This document shows positions 12,636-23,182 of a DNA stretch of 64,000 nucleotides, in pieces (positions within the stretch are counted from its first letter, which is position 1; each line of letters starts with the position of its first letter). This stretch comes from Okamejei kenojei (Eukaryota). Where the stretch lies: assembly GCA_035221665.1 (NCBI GenBank), contig CM069159.1:17484001-17548000 (forward strand). The letters are read 5' to 3'. The notes beneath the pieces are model-generated. The model worked only from the letters and a program-made list of their open reading frames with translations. It did no database searches and was not told the DNA's origin. The position numbers and the translations under genes are program-made.

Positions 12636-12685
12636 TGCTGTCGGGTCCCAAACGGCCGCTCAATGTCAGTCACCCGGGCTGCTTC
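9481..12685 (+). repeat. Tandem array of a ~70-bp GC-rich core separated by (GT)n/(CT)n spacers, ~150-200-bp period, with A/B variants
   Basis: About 17 visible cores of the form TGTCGGGTCCCGGTGGCCGCTCA(AA)GTCA(T/C)CCGAGCTGC...TTCCTCTGAAGTGGTG(A/G)CCAGCTGCTG. Interrupted by N gaps at 9989-10172, 11171-11409, 11469-11596, 11837-11966 and 12012-12155. Confidence 0.95.
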
Positions 12686-12907
12686 CTTTTTTAAAAATTA
12701 TTTAAATAGAGATCCATTGCAAAAAAAGTATTTAAAACCATAAAAAAACAAGAAATGCTTGGTAGAATGCGCATTTTCCCCCATTGTAGGTCATATCAAT
12801 AGATGCGGCCGCGCTGAAATAACTCAAAACCACAAGGAGATGGAGATGTATTTTAACATTGTTGCTTTATTAAACCATACCTTCATTCACGGTTGGCTCA
12901 AGAGTAA

Positions 12908-12966
12908 CGGGAGAGGAACTTGCTAACTCGGGAGAGGAACTTGCTAACTCGGGAGAGGAACTTGCA
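12908..12966 (+). repeat. 21-bp tandem repeat, about 3 copies
   Basis: CGGGAGAGGAACTTGCTAACT repeated, subterminal in the Harbinger-type element. Confidence 0.9.
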
Positions 12967-13432
12967 ACATCGCAGCAATTACATACCCGTGGGAACTCGG
13001 CCACACACTTGATCATACACTTGCAGTCTCGTGCGCAGCCACGAGTCTATCATTCGGGGTACCTCGTGGGTCAACTCGCACAGTGAGACAGGGGCTTCAC
13101 ATGTCAGTTATATTAACAATTTATAAATGTATCAGTCATTTTGTGTAAGCCCTTTCTGTATTGATCATTCTTTAATTTGATAATCCCTTAATTTGTTAAT
13201 ATTCAAGTGTTTCAATTCATGTCCAAATTATTCATTTAACTGCAAATCTAGATTTGATACTGATGGGACTTCATTTTTCTCTGAATAGTTGCACCTTACT
13301 CTTGCTCTACCCTTCCTCTTTGCCTACTATCTTAAAATCAGCTCACTATTCTGTCCTAATAAAGCATCTTGACCCACAATGTCAGCTGTCCCACAGGCTC
13401 CACAGTTGCTACCTGACCCAGCATTCCTCAAG

Positions 13433-13529
13433 AACGTCTGAAGAAGGGTCTCCACTTGAAACATCACCTATTCCTTCTCTCCAGAGATGCTGCCTGTCCA
13501 GCTGATTTACTCCAGCTTTATGTGTCTAT
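13433..13529 (+). mobile_element. Short Penelope-derived element
   Basis: GTCTGAAGAAGGGTCTCCACTTGAAACATCACCTATTCCTTCTCTCCAGAGATGCTGCC. Imperfect flanking repeat CCAGCATTCCTCAAG / CCAGAATCCCTCAAG. Confidence 0.75.
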
Positions 13530-13810
13530 CCAGAATCCCTCAAGCAGTTTGATTTTTGCTCACTATTGATGGTGCTATTGATATTAGTCTCTGCTTGTAT
13601 TTGTGTTGACATTTGGAACATAAAACACAGGCAAGGGCCCATTGGCCCTCAGTGGCCATTCTGAACATAATGCCATGTTCAATTAATCTTTGCTGTTTGC
13701 ACATGATCCATATCCTTCAATTACCTGATACACTTTTTCTACGGACGATTGGAAATTTAGATAAATTGCATTTGTTGTTGACATTACTTTCTGTTATATC
13801 AGATAAGAGT

Positions 13811-14120
13811 GGTATGGTGGTGCAGCGGTGGAGTTACTGCCTTACAGCGCTTGCAGCAGCAGAGACCCTGGTTCAATCCCGACTACAGCTGCAGTCTGTG
13901 CAGAGTTTGTACTCTCTCCCCATGTTCCCGTGGCTTTTTTTCCAAGATCTTTGGATTCCTCCCACACTCCAATGACATACGGGGTTGTAGGTTAATTGGC
14001 TTGGTATATTGTCCCTCGTGTGTGTAGGTAAGAGAGTGTTAATGTGCGGGGATCACAGGTTGGTGCGGACTCAGTGGGCCGAAGGGCCTGTTTCCGTGCT
14101 GTATCTCTAAACTAAACTAA
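13811..14120 (+). mobile_element. HE1-like V-SINE (tRNA-derived), near full length
   Basis: A box-like TGGTGCAGCGG, B box-like GGTTCAATCC, V-domain-like GAGTTTGTACTCTCTCCCCATG...CCTCCCACACTCC, and CR1-type tail GGGCCGAAGGGCCTGTTTCC...(CTAAA)n. Confidence 0.85.
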
Positions 14121-14309
14121 AAAAATTAAGCAGGGTTGGGCAAGCAAGGTGTAAAGATTTGCTACTATTCGTTGATGTACTTCAGGTTTCTACATTTGCC
14201 CGCCCCATCCCCTTGTATTAGAATACATTACTTTTGAGTCGTCTTTTGTTAACCAGCTTCTGAAAGGAATCCATTACGTTTCTCTTCCATTACTTTTCCC
14301 TCTGACAAG

Positions 14310-14444
14310 GAATGCATTCCATCGGTCTCTTGGCAATGCGTGTTGATAGCATTCTGTGAGCCAGTGTGTGCTTCACCTGCCAAATCAGTGCTTGAGTGGT
14401 TTGCAGAGCAGTCGCAGTTGCTGATGGGGATGACGGCCTTGCAG
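14310..14444 (+). other. Candidate exon, 135 nt, open in phase 0
   Basis: Pyrimidine tract plus AAG acceptor and CAG|GTGAGT donor. Reads ECIPSVSWQCVLIAFCEPVCASPAKSVLEWFAEQSQLLMGMTALQ, which I do not recognise. Confidence 0.2.
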
Positions 14445-14663
14445 GTGAGTTTGTCTCAGCAAGCTCAGAATCTGAACTGTCATTACAGCAGCGCCGATGG
14501 TGAGGAATGAATGATGACCCACTCAGAGCTTTCCTGTTCCACACAGAAACAGTAACAGGCAGGCCTCACACCGGTGGATTTACTGCTGCATTCATTTGAT
14601 GAACCAAAGCACAAGGGATTGCTAAAAGGCACAAAAGCTCCATGCGTATTACGTTGAATAACT

Positions 14664-14895
14664 TGTAGAAGCAAGGAACTGCAGATGCTGGTTTACGAGA
14701 CCCAAAGTGGTAGAGTAACTCAACAAGTCAGGTAGCATAACTGGAGAACGTGGATAGGTGATGTTTCAGTTTGGGACCCTTTTCAGACTAATTTTTGAGG
14801 GGACGGGGATGGGGGGGGGGGGGGGGGGGAAGAAAGCTGGAAGAGAGGAGGGGCAGGACAAAGTCTGGCATGTAATAGGTTGATACAGGTGAGGT
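14664..14895 (-). mobile_element. Penelope-derived terminal-repeat fragment with a poly-G run
   Basis: AAGGAACTGCAGATGCTGG...GAGTAACTC...GGGACCCTTTTCAGAC followed by a G-rich segment. Confidence 0.7.
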
Positions 14896-15589
14896 ACATC
14901 AGGACCATCTTTTGCATAATTGCAAATGGAATTGAGCATCATACCATTTCTGGAATTCCCGTGCATGGCTCATGAAACTGAAGATATTTGGGCGCATGAA
15001 GATACTTGTTCATCTGTTTGCCTGGAGTGTATATGACTTTAAAATTTGAAAATAAAAGTGTCACATCTCAATTTATCTCAACCTGAAGAAACATGAATGG
15101 CTAACTTTCACTCTTGGTGTATAAATAGAACAGTTGAACCAGAAGCTCAACTATTTATGCCTGGCTTAATATTCCTGGGGCCTTGGCAAGTTGTTGCATG
15201 GCTCCTTTACTGAAAGGATAGAAGAACAAAAGTAATATCATTGATATAGAATCCGTCTGATTCATGTCTCCAATCACACAAAATAGTCCAGAGGCATATA
15301 TTTACTCATGGGAAGGAGTTTTATGTTTTGGGTGGATGGTATTTGTGATTTTAATAACAGTACATCAAACCTTTAGTGGCCTGAGCTATGTAACTGTATA
15401 TAATATAAACAAGCTCTTGTCTTGCACTAAGAGGAAGCAGTGCAGGGACATCATATATTAGAAAGAAGGACAGGTCTGTTTTCACAGCTTTCTTATTGTT
15501 TTGAGGCACTTTTGTCTTTCTGGGACAATGGATCACTGCACTGACAGTTGTGTAGAACACAAAACTTATTGCACTTGATGACTATTTAA

Positions 15590-15880
15590 GTTTAGTTTGG
15601 AGCCACAGCGTGCAAACGGGCTCCTTGGCTCACCAAGTCTGCGCTAACTAACAGTCACCCCACATACTAGTTCAGTCCTATGCTCCAGCGATAACTTATA
15701 GAAGCCAATTAATCTACAAACCTGTACATCTTTGGAAAGTGGGAGGAAACCGGAGCACCCAGAAGAAACCCACACGGTCACAGGGCAAACATGCAAACTC
15801 CATACAGACAGCACCCATAGTCAGGATTGAACCCGGTTTTCTAGTGCTGTAAGGCAGCAACTCTACCCGCTGTGCCACCC
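15590..15880 (-). mobile_element. HE1-like V-SINE
   Basis: Reverse complement of the SINE: GTGGGAGGAAACCGGAGCACCC...AGGATTGAACCCGG...GGCAGCAACTCTACC. Confidence 0.85.
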
Positions 15881-16734
15881 ACTGTTTTAACAATGGTCAT
15901 GTTCCTACTCCAGCTCTTGTTTTATTTATTTAGTTTTGTTCCCTCACCCGAGGGAGTGTTGGCTATCGTAATGCTGTGATGATGAATTTAGTCCAAGATC
16001 TCATTCCTATCCAACTGTTCTTACTCCTGCCTGACCCAGCAAAGGAGATCTTAGATTGAGGTAACATTTCATTTGTGCTTATTCATGTGCTTCAGATTAA
16101 TATCATCGCTCGCCCTATTCCAAATGGCTGATTAGATTTTACTGCTGTATTAAATTCCACATCACAATGTGTGAAATGTATTTGCACAGTTGATTGATTT
16201 AGAGAATTGGATGATTCCCTGGTTGAACAGTGGGTTTGAAAGTCCACACAGAACAGCAGTGTGAGACTACTTCTTCAATTGAATGCCCCATCAACAGAAA
16301 TTTGCTGATTTCTGAGAAATTGTTACATGGCTTAGCCGGAGCAAAATATTTGCGCAAACACCCGGTGCACAACGTAAATAAGCAACAAGAGATTCATGAT
16401 TACCGAGGTAAGTAAATGGCACATTTTAATGAGCAAGAGCAAAAGAGTTTGTTTAAAAAAAAGCTGTGTTGTTCCTTTTTTTCCCCACAGTGTAATCGAG
16501 AAAAACTAATTACTTTTTCATCTCTATCAGCAAATCTTGGTGGAAATTAGTGAACCTTGACTGATTGTGGGAGAGGGAGTAAACCACTGGTCAACTGGGA
16601 ATTAAAGGACTTTGTCACTTCTAGTTAAATCTAAATTAACATAACTTGACATCAAAGATCTGGTCCTTTTTGTCAAGCATTCTATTACATGCTGGTATTG
16701 GGGGAATAATGGGTCTGTATGTATATGTTATGGT

Positions 16735-16930
16735 GGAGTGTAGCATTGACTGAATTACTGTTGATGGCACATAGCTCTAACAATCCAGGTTCTCTTCTGA
16801 TTTTGGGTGCTGTCTTTGTGGAGTTTGCACATTGTCGCGGTGACTTTATGGTTTCCCCCAGGGAAATATACGCGAAATATATGCAAAATAGTGTTGGTTA
16901 GTTCATTGCCTGCTTTAAATTACCTCTGGT
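16735..16930 (+). mobile_element. Degenerate V-SINE
   Basis: CCAGGTTC...GGGTGCTGTCTTTGTGGAGTTTGCACATTGTC. Confidence 0.55.
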
Positions 16931-17289
16931 ACAGATATATGGCAGAGTCATAGAAAGTCGATGGACATACGAGCGAACTAGGTGAGGGAGGATAACTTTA
17001 CCCTGAGAGCCATCATGGACTTAATGCGCTGAAAGTCATCCTTTTAGTTTTGCACATGTTTTGAAAGAATGGAATGGTTGACCTTGGTGCTAACATTGAA
17101 ACTTGAATCAACAAAATACCTCCACTTTGGAAAAAACTGAGTCCAGGTTTTTGTTCATTTTCAACAGCAATTATGACATTTTTAAAATTATTTTTCCATG
17201 AAAGAAATGGTAAAAAATGCAAATGCAAGTCTTGTCTCGACATTGTGCGCAACAGCAAAAGCAAAATCTTGGTTAGAATGCAAGAAATG

Positions 17290-17705
17290 ATGGGGCACTT
17301 AGATAGGATAGGGGCATCAGTACATGGATATGGAGGGATATGGATTATGTGCAGGCAGAGGAACATAGAACAGTACATCACAGTAACGGGCCCTTTGGCC
17401 AACGATGTTTGTGCGAAACGTAATGCTAAGTTAATGATCTCGTCTGCCTGTATATGATCCGTATCCCTCTAATGCTTGCACTTCCTTGTGCCTATCTAAA
17501 ATCCTCCTAAATGCCATTATCACATCTGCCCGCACTATCACCCCTGGCAATGTGTTCCAGGCCACCACCACTCTCTGTGTTTTAAAAAATAACTGGGTCT
17601 GTATATCCTCATTAAATATTCTTCCTCTCACCTTATTGCTATGCCTTCTAGTGTTGGACATTTCCACCTTGGGGGGAGAAAAGGTTGTGACTTTCAACCC
17701 TATCT
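17290..17705 (-). mobile_element. CR1/HER1-type LINE 3' end, with a short + strand tail fragment at 17290-17360
   Basis: Minus ORF SNTRRHSNKVRGRIF...FFKTQRVVVAWNTLP...AFRRILDRH is the CR1 C-terminal motif. Confidence 0.85.
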
Positions 17706-17899
17706 CTTGACTTAGATGTGGTATACATTATATAACTTTGGAGATCTATCTGATATCAAAAACGATCATAATTTTGGAGATTAGTTTTACTTGGTATCAT
17801 GTTTGACACGGACATTGTGGGCTGAAGAATGGCTGATTTCTGAGTTTTTTGTTTGGTTTTGAGTATTAAATACCTCATAAGATACATCCTTTAAGCTCC

Positions 17900-18190
17900 A
17901 GAAGCAGCAACATGAGACTAATTAATCAGGTGATTGGTGAAATCGAGTGGAGGATGAATGTTTGCCAGGGCAATGGAAGAAAAGCCTTTGCTCTAATCAG
18001 AATGCACACTATGAGATCTTTCACGTCGATCTGGGGGCTATCCATTGCTTTAAGTTAATATTTCATCCAGACGACGGTACCTCTGTTAGCAGAGTAGGAC
18101 TGTACTGGATTGTTGGCTTTGATTTTTATGTTCAAGTTTCTGAAACATCAGCATTCTGCGGTTGGAGTGTGACTCGTGAGCCATGGCTGA
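17900..18190 (-). mobile_element. Degenerate DeuSINE-like (SacSINE1/AmnSINE1-related) relic
   Basis: ATGAGATCTTTCACGTC...TTAATATTTCATCCAGACGACGGTACCTCTG resembles my recollection of the reverse-complemented Deu-domain core (ATGGGATCTTTTACGTC...TTAACGTCTCATCCGAAAGACGGCACCTCC). Confidence 0.5.
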
Positions 18191-18231
18191 TGATAGCTGA
18201 GTTTCCCCAACAAAAGTTTCTGACAGTCTAG

Positions 18232-18520
18232 GTTTAGTTTACTTTAGAGACACAGCACGGGAAAATGGCCTTTGGCCCATCGAGTCCGCACCGACCAACG
18301 ATCCCCACATATTAACACTATCCTACATGCACTAGGCACAATTTTTCCATTTACCTACATACCTGTATGTCTTTGGAGTGTGCGAGGAAACCGAAGATTT
18401 CGGAGAAAACCCACGCAGGTCACGGGGAGAACGTACAAACTCCGTACATAGTCGGGATCGAACCCGGGTCTCCAGCGCTGCCAGCAATGTAGGGCAGCAA
18501 CTCTACCGCTGCGCCACTGT
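18232..18520 (-). mobile_element. HE1-like V-SINE
   Basis: GAAAACCCACGCAGGTCACGGGGAGAACGTACAAACTCC...GGATCGAACCCGGG...CTCTACCGCTGCGCCA. Confidence 0.9.
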
Positions 18521-18789
18521 GTCACAAAGTCATGCTGCAAAGTTAGAAAACTTTGGTTAGGCGGCATTTAGAGTAATGTATGTCATTCTGGACATTACAG
18601 GAACGATATGGTGGCTTTGAAGAGAGTGCTTAATTGAGGATATTTGCTTAAGTGCAAGACCTGGCAATAAATTGTATCCAGTTTCACAAATAATGGATGT
18701 GTAATCCAATCTGCTACTCTAAAACATAAATTAAAATTTTCACATGCATATTTTCTATGAACTGTTTTACAGTGATTGGAGAACAGGAT

Positions 18790-19650
18790 GAGGTGAAAAT
18801 TCCAATCTCATTAGGATTGGCCGGTTAAATTGGTTAAAATATTGCAATTTTTGATGGTAAACTGATTTTGGTTTCACCTGAAGTGTAAAAGTTACAATCA
18901 AAATATTATTGATTCTTTTGTTGCCTCAGGGCAGTATCCTGGGATCAAATAGACACAAAAAGCTGGAGTTACTCAGCGGGACAGGCAGCATCACTGGAGA
19001 GAAGGAATAGGTGATGTTTCGGGTTCAGACCCTTCCTTGACCCGAAACGTCACCCGTTCCTTCTGTCCAGAGATGCTGCCTGACACGCTGAGTTACTCCA
19101 GCTTTTTGTGTATATTTTCAGTTTAAACCAGCATCAGCAGTTCCTTCATACACATCCTGGGATCAACTATCTTCAGTTAATTCATGAATGTCCTTTCTCC
19201 TACCTTAAAGCCAGAAATTGGGATGCTTGATAATGATTACACACTGTTTAATTATTTTTGCAGCTACATAAAGTGTCAGGCAGGTGATGCCTAAATGTAG
19301 CAAGATCTAGACTTTATTTTGGCAAGGGCCAGGAAGTGCCAAGACAGCTCTAGTAACACAGAGTCCAACCACTTATCCTTGAAATCATCAAGTCTGTACT
19401 ATAGTTAATCACTCATCTGTTCTTGGCATCCAAATTATATAGTAACACGTGTTGGGCTGACCCTGTGCTTATTGATTCACATTCTGACATCTCTAGCCTT
19501 TGTATCATGAGCAAGACACATCGATAATATGATTGAATACTTTGTTGGATGAGTGGACCTCCAACAAAACCTAAGAGTCTCAGTACATCAAGGATAAAGA
19601 AAGCCCTTGGTTTGGCACCTCATTTAGCATCTGCAACATGGGACTGCATC
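18790..19650 (+). mobile_element. Ancient CR1/L2-clade LINE RT relic
   Basis: CCTCAGGGCAGTATCCTGGGA encodes PQGSILG. After the insert, GGGATGCTTGATAATGATTAC resembles a decayed GMFADDC motif. Confidence 0.5.
18949..19153. mobile_element. Palindromic Penelope-derived insert with 13-bp TSD
   Basis: Direct repeat ATCCTGGGATCAA at 18936-18948 and 19154-19166. The arms ACACAAAAAGCTGGAG...TTTCGGGT and ACCCGAAAC...CTCCAGCTTTTTGTGT are inverted. Confidence 0.85.
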
Positions 19651-20331
19651 AGTCTGAATCCAAGATGGCAAAGATCTTTGCTGTCTTGGTTGGGATAGAT
19701 GAAAGGTCATCAGTAGGTTCAACATGTGGAAAGTGAACCATGGCAAAATTGGAACCACAGTTTAAAGCCAACTTAACAAAATTGGCCTTGCCTGACAAAG
19801 TGAAGCTTGGTGGATTTCCAATAAATATTTTCAAATTTGATATTTTCAGCAGTGCCAAAATGAAACTCAACCATGGTGATAATTGTGTTTAGCTTGATAT
19901 TTAATTTAGACAGAGCATTTATCTACTTGGATGATATTGCTGAGAATGATCATCTACCTGTTATTGTGTTTCACCCCATAAATGATCATTATGTTGAACA
20001 GATATTTTTGGGCAAAATGAAAAAAAAACATTCACAATGATGGACAACATCCAATTCATTCCTTGACTAAAAACACATCATAACTTGAAAATTCATGAGG
20101 CATATCCAACAATAGAGCATTCATGGAATACACTAAACATTTGCTGCTCGACATTTCAATTATGTAATCGTGCTTGAGCTCATTTTGAAATAAATTATAT
20201 TTTCCTCCCTGCGCCATAACTGAGGTGATCAAGTACAACCAGTAAAATCTTGTACCGTAAGCATTTATACAACACCAAATGTTCTTCAATGCTCATAGTC
20301 ATCCTCGTTCAGTTGAAGAAGGGTTCCAATA

Positions 20332-20962
20332 GCCCTCTCTCCCCCTCTCTCCCCCTCTCACCCCCTCCCCCCCTCCCCCCTTCCCCCCTCTCCCCCCTTC
20401 TCCCCCCCCCCCCTCCACCCCTCTCCCCTCTCTCTATCCCTCTCTCCCCCCCCTCTCTCCCCCCCCTCTCTCCCCCCCTCTCTCCCCCCCCTCTCTCCCC
20501 CCTCTCTCCCCCTTCCCCCTCCTTCACTCCCCCCCTCTCTCCCCCTCCTCCCCCTCCTCCCCCTCCCTCTCTCCCCTCTCTCTCCCCTCTCTCCCCCCTC
20601 TCTCCCCCCCCCCTCTCTCCCCCCTCTCTCTCCCCCCCTCTCTCTCCCCCTCTCTCCCCCTCTCTCCCCCTCCCCCCCTCTCTCTCTCCCCTCTCTCTCC
20701 CCCCTCTCTCCCCCTCTCTCCCCTCTCTCCTCTACTGTTCCCCTCTCTCCCCTTCTCTCCCCCTTCTCTTCTCTCCTCCACTCTCTCCCCTCTGCACCTC
20801 TCTCCCCTCTCTTTCCCCCTCGCTCTCCTTACCTCTCTCCCTCTCTCCCCCTCTCTCCCCCTGACCCCCCCTCACCTCCCTCACCCCTCTCTACCCCCCT
20901 CTACCCGCCTCTACCCCCTCTCAACTCCTATCTCCCCTCCTCTTTCTCCCTCTCTCCCCTCC
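20332..20962. repeat. Long C/T low-complexity tract (CCCCTCTCT-like)
   Basis: About 630 bp, almost entirely pyrimidine on the + strand. Confidence 0.95.
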
Positions 20963-21612
20963 CGAAAGGGTGGACTCAGATTTGACTGGGCACATGGGGA
21001 TAAAATGAATTGTAAATTATCACGTTATTCAAGTAGAAATTGCCTGTGATGGAGAAACAGAAGACAATGTTTTTATAATGTACAGTTTACACCAAGATAC
21101 TTGGAATCTTCGTGGATTTTTCAAAAACGAAATCCATGGCTTTATAGTTTTCATTAATTCAACAGATGGGGAAAGAGAAACCAATTTTATCTTTGAAGTT
21201 AAAGTTTTAAAAAAACATTAGCTGTATCATGCATAAATATTAGCATTGGGTAAAAAGAAAAATTCAAATGTTTCTTGTGCAGAGACAATGAAAGTAAAAA
21301 TGAAAGGAAGGCTTAAGGTAATCAAAGCATGAATATAGACGAGGGAAACAGACCCACGTTCCTTGCGTATCATTGGCAACTTAACATGTTGAAAAACAGA
21401 TGATAGAAGTTTGTTCTCATTCCGCAGCTCTAAACATACATTCCAGTTACTTTCCACCTCCAAACTTCTGTTCCAATGAAGGTGAGACTTTCAGCTGCCT
21501 CTCCTCATTGAGGATACATATCAAATGCTAGTTTTCATGTTATATTTTTGTCGTCAGTCTCCCTGCCTTTGATTGAGCTAAGTGAGAAGACTTTGATTGC
21601 TATTCAATGGAG

Positions 21613-21940
21613 GTTTAGTTTAGTTCTAGTTTTGTTTCGAGATTCAGTGTGGAAACAGGCCCTTCGGAACTACCGAATCCATGCTGACCATAAATCACCT
21701 GTTCACTAGTTCTATTCTCTCCTGCTTTCTCATTCTACACACCGGAGGCAATTTACAGCAGCCATTTCACCTACACCTGCACGACTTTGGAATGTGGGAG
21801 GAAACCGGAGCACAAAGAAAAAACCCACACTGTCACGGAACTTGCAAACACAGCGCACACACACAGCTCCCGTAGTCAGAATCGAACCCACGTCTCTGGT
21901 GTTATATGGCAGCAACTCTACCACGGCACCACTGTGCCAC
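21613..21940 (-). mobile_element. HE1-like V-SINE
   Basis: GGAAACAGGCCCTTCGG...GTGGGAGGAAACCGGAGCAC...GGCAGCAACTCTACC. Confidence 0.85.
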
Positions 21941-22137
21941 CCTGTGCACCAGCAGCTCTAGGTGTGGAAGAAACCAAGCTTCTCTCATAACCCACCTACT
22001 TGAACAGTTAATGTCGTAAGTCAAGAATACCTTCTTTGGAAATGGAGAAATGCAGTGACCTGCATACTGTTAACCTAGTTAAGATTGCAAAGTCCTCCTT
22101 TGTAAACATTTGAAATTTGATATCTGAAGCAGGAGAA

Positions 22138-22232
22138 CTGTTTCACAGACCACAGGCAGAGTTGCACATATAGGCAGAGTGTCACATATAGGCAGAGTTT
22201 CACAGACCACAGGCAGAGTTGCACATATAGGC
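22138..22232 (+). repeat. Short ~19-bp minisatellite
   Basis: Alternating CACAGACCACAGGCAGAGT and CACATATAGGCAGAGT units. Confidence 0.85.
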
Positions 22233-22621
22233 TCTTCTGCCATCATCACAGAATGATGGTGGCACAGTAGTTTCTGATCGGAAAGGATGGACTAAGTGAA
22301 GTCTTATTGTGTCAAGCAAGCAAACCTACTGATTGGTAACTATTCTCTTCTTGGAGCTGAAGTGTAAGTACTTCACACATTGGACATACCCAGAAGAAGC
22401 ACTGAAAGATTCAAGGGATTAGCCATCTTGCTTCCCAACCAAAGATTTTGGAGGTTTTGCCCAAAGGTAGACGGAGTTGAAATGCCTGAAGTCTCACTGC
22501 AAGAAGCTGCAGGGGTCATCTGGATAATGACCTGTCATGTGTTCCTTCTTTGCAATTGAATTAACACATATCTCCTTCTGACATAGGAGACCAATACAGC
22601 CCAAACGACTGTGCCAGTTCC

Positions 22622-23182
22622 TAAGTTCATAAATGATAGGAGGAGAATTAGGCCAATCAGCCCATCAAGTCCACTCCACCATTCAATCATGGCTGATCTA
22701 TCTTCCCCTCTCAACCCCATTCTCCTGGTTCTTCCCATAATCCCTGACACCTCAGGTGTTCGCAAGTAATCCATCCATTTGAAGTGGATTCCCCCAACAT
22801 GGATGCAAGGAAAGTCCTGTCCCGTTAACCATATAACCATATAACCATATAACCATATAACAATTACAGCACGGAAACAGGCCCTCTCGGCCCTTCCAGT
22901 CCGTGCCGACCATTTGTTTTCCCCTAGTCCCATCTACCTGCACTCAGACCATACCCCTCCATTCCCTTCACGTCCATATACCTATCTACTTTACTCTTAA
23001 ATGTTAAAATCGATCCTGCCTCCACCACTTCTGCTGGAAGCTCATTCCACACAGCCACCACCCTCTGAGTAAAGAAGTTCCCCCTCACGTTACCCCGAAA
23101 CCTCTGTCCCTTAATTCTCATGTCATGCCCTCTTGTTTGAATCTTCCCTACCCTCAATGGGAAAAACGTATCCACGTCAACC
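22622..23182 (-). mobile_element. Two CR1/HER1-type 3' ends (22622-22750; 22828-23182 with (AACCATAT)n tail)
   Basis: QTRGHDMRIKGQRFRGNVRGNFFTQRVVAVWNELPAEVVEAGSILTFKSKVDRYM. Confidence 0.9.

Larger units (their letters stand above)
8650..13096. mobile_element. Non-autonomous PIF/Harbinger-type DNA transposon (TIR-bounded, no transposase)
   Basis: Left end AACCCCTGTCTCACTGTGCGAGTTGGCCCACGAG is the near-perfect reverse complement of right end CTCGTGGGTCAACTCGCACAGTGAGACAGGGGCT. Flanks are TTA (8647-8649) and TCA (13097-13099), consistent with a TWA target duplication carrying one change. Confidence 0.8.

Noticed and set aside
9481-12685. CRISPR-like repeat/spacer reading of the array
   Set aside because: The spacers are (GT)n/(CT)n microsatellites rather than unique sequences, the core is too long, no cas genes are present, and the DNA is vertebrate.
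9584-12743. Cys/Val-rich and Thr/His-rich ORFs
   Set aside because: These are translations of GT/CA microsatellites and N gaps.
13811-13885. tRNA gene-like A/B boxes, here and in the other SINE heads
   Set aside because: They are SINE promoters followed by the V domain and a CR1 tail, and I see no complete cloverleaf.
20250-20864. 204-aa Pro/Ser/Leu-rich ORF
   Set aside because: It arises from a C/T tract that cannot contain stop codons.
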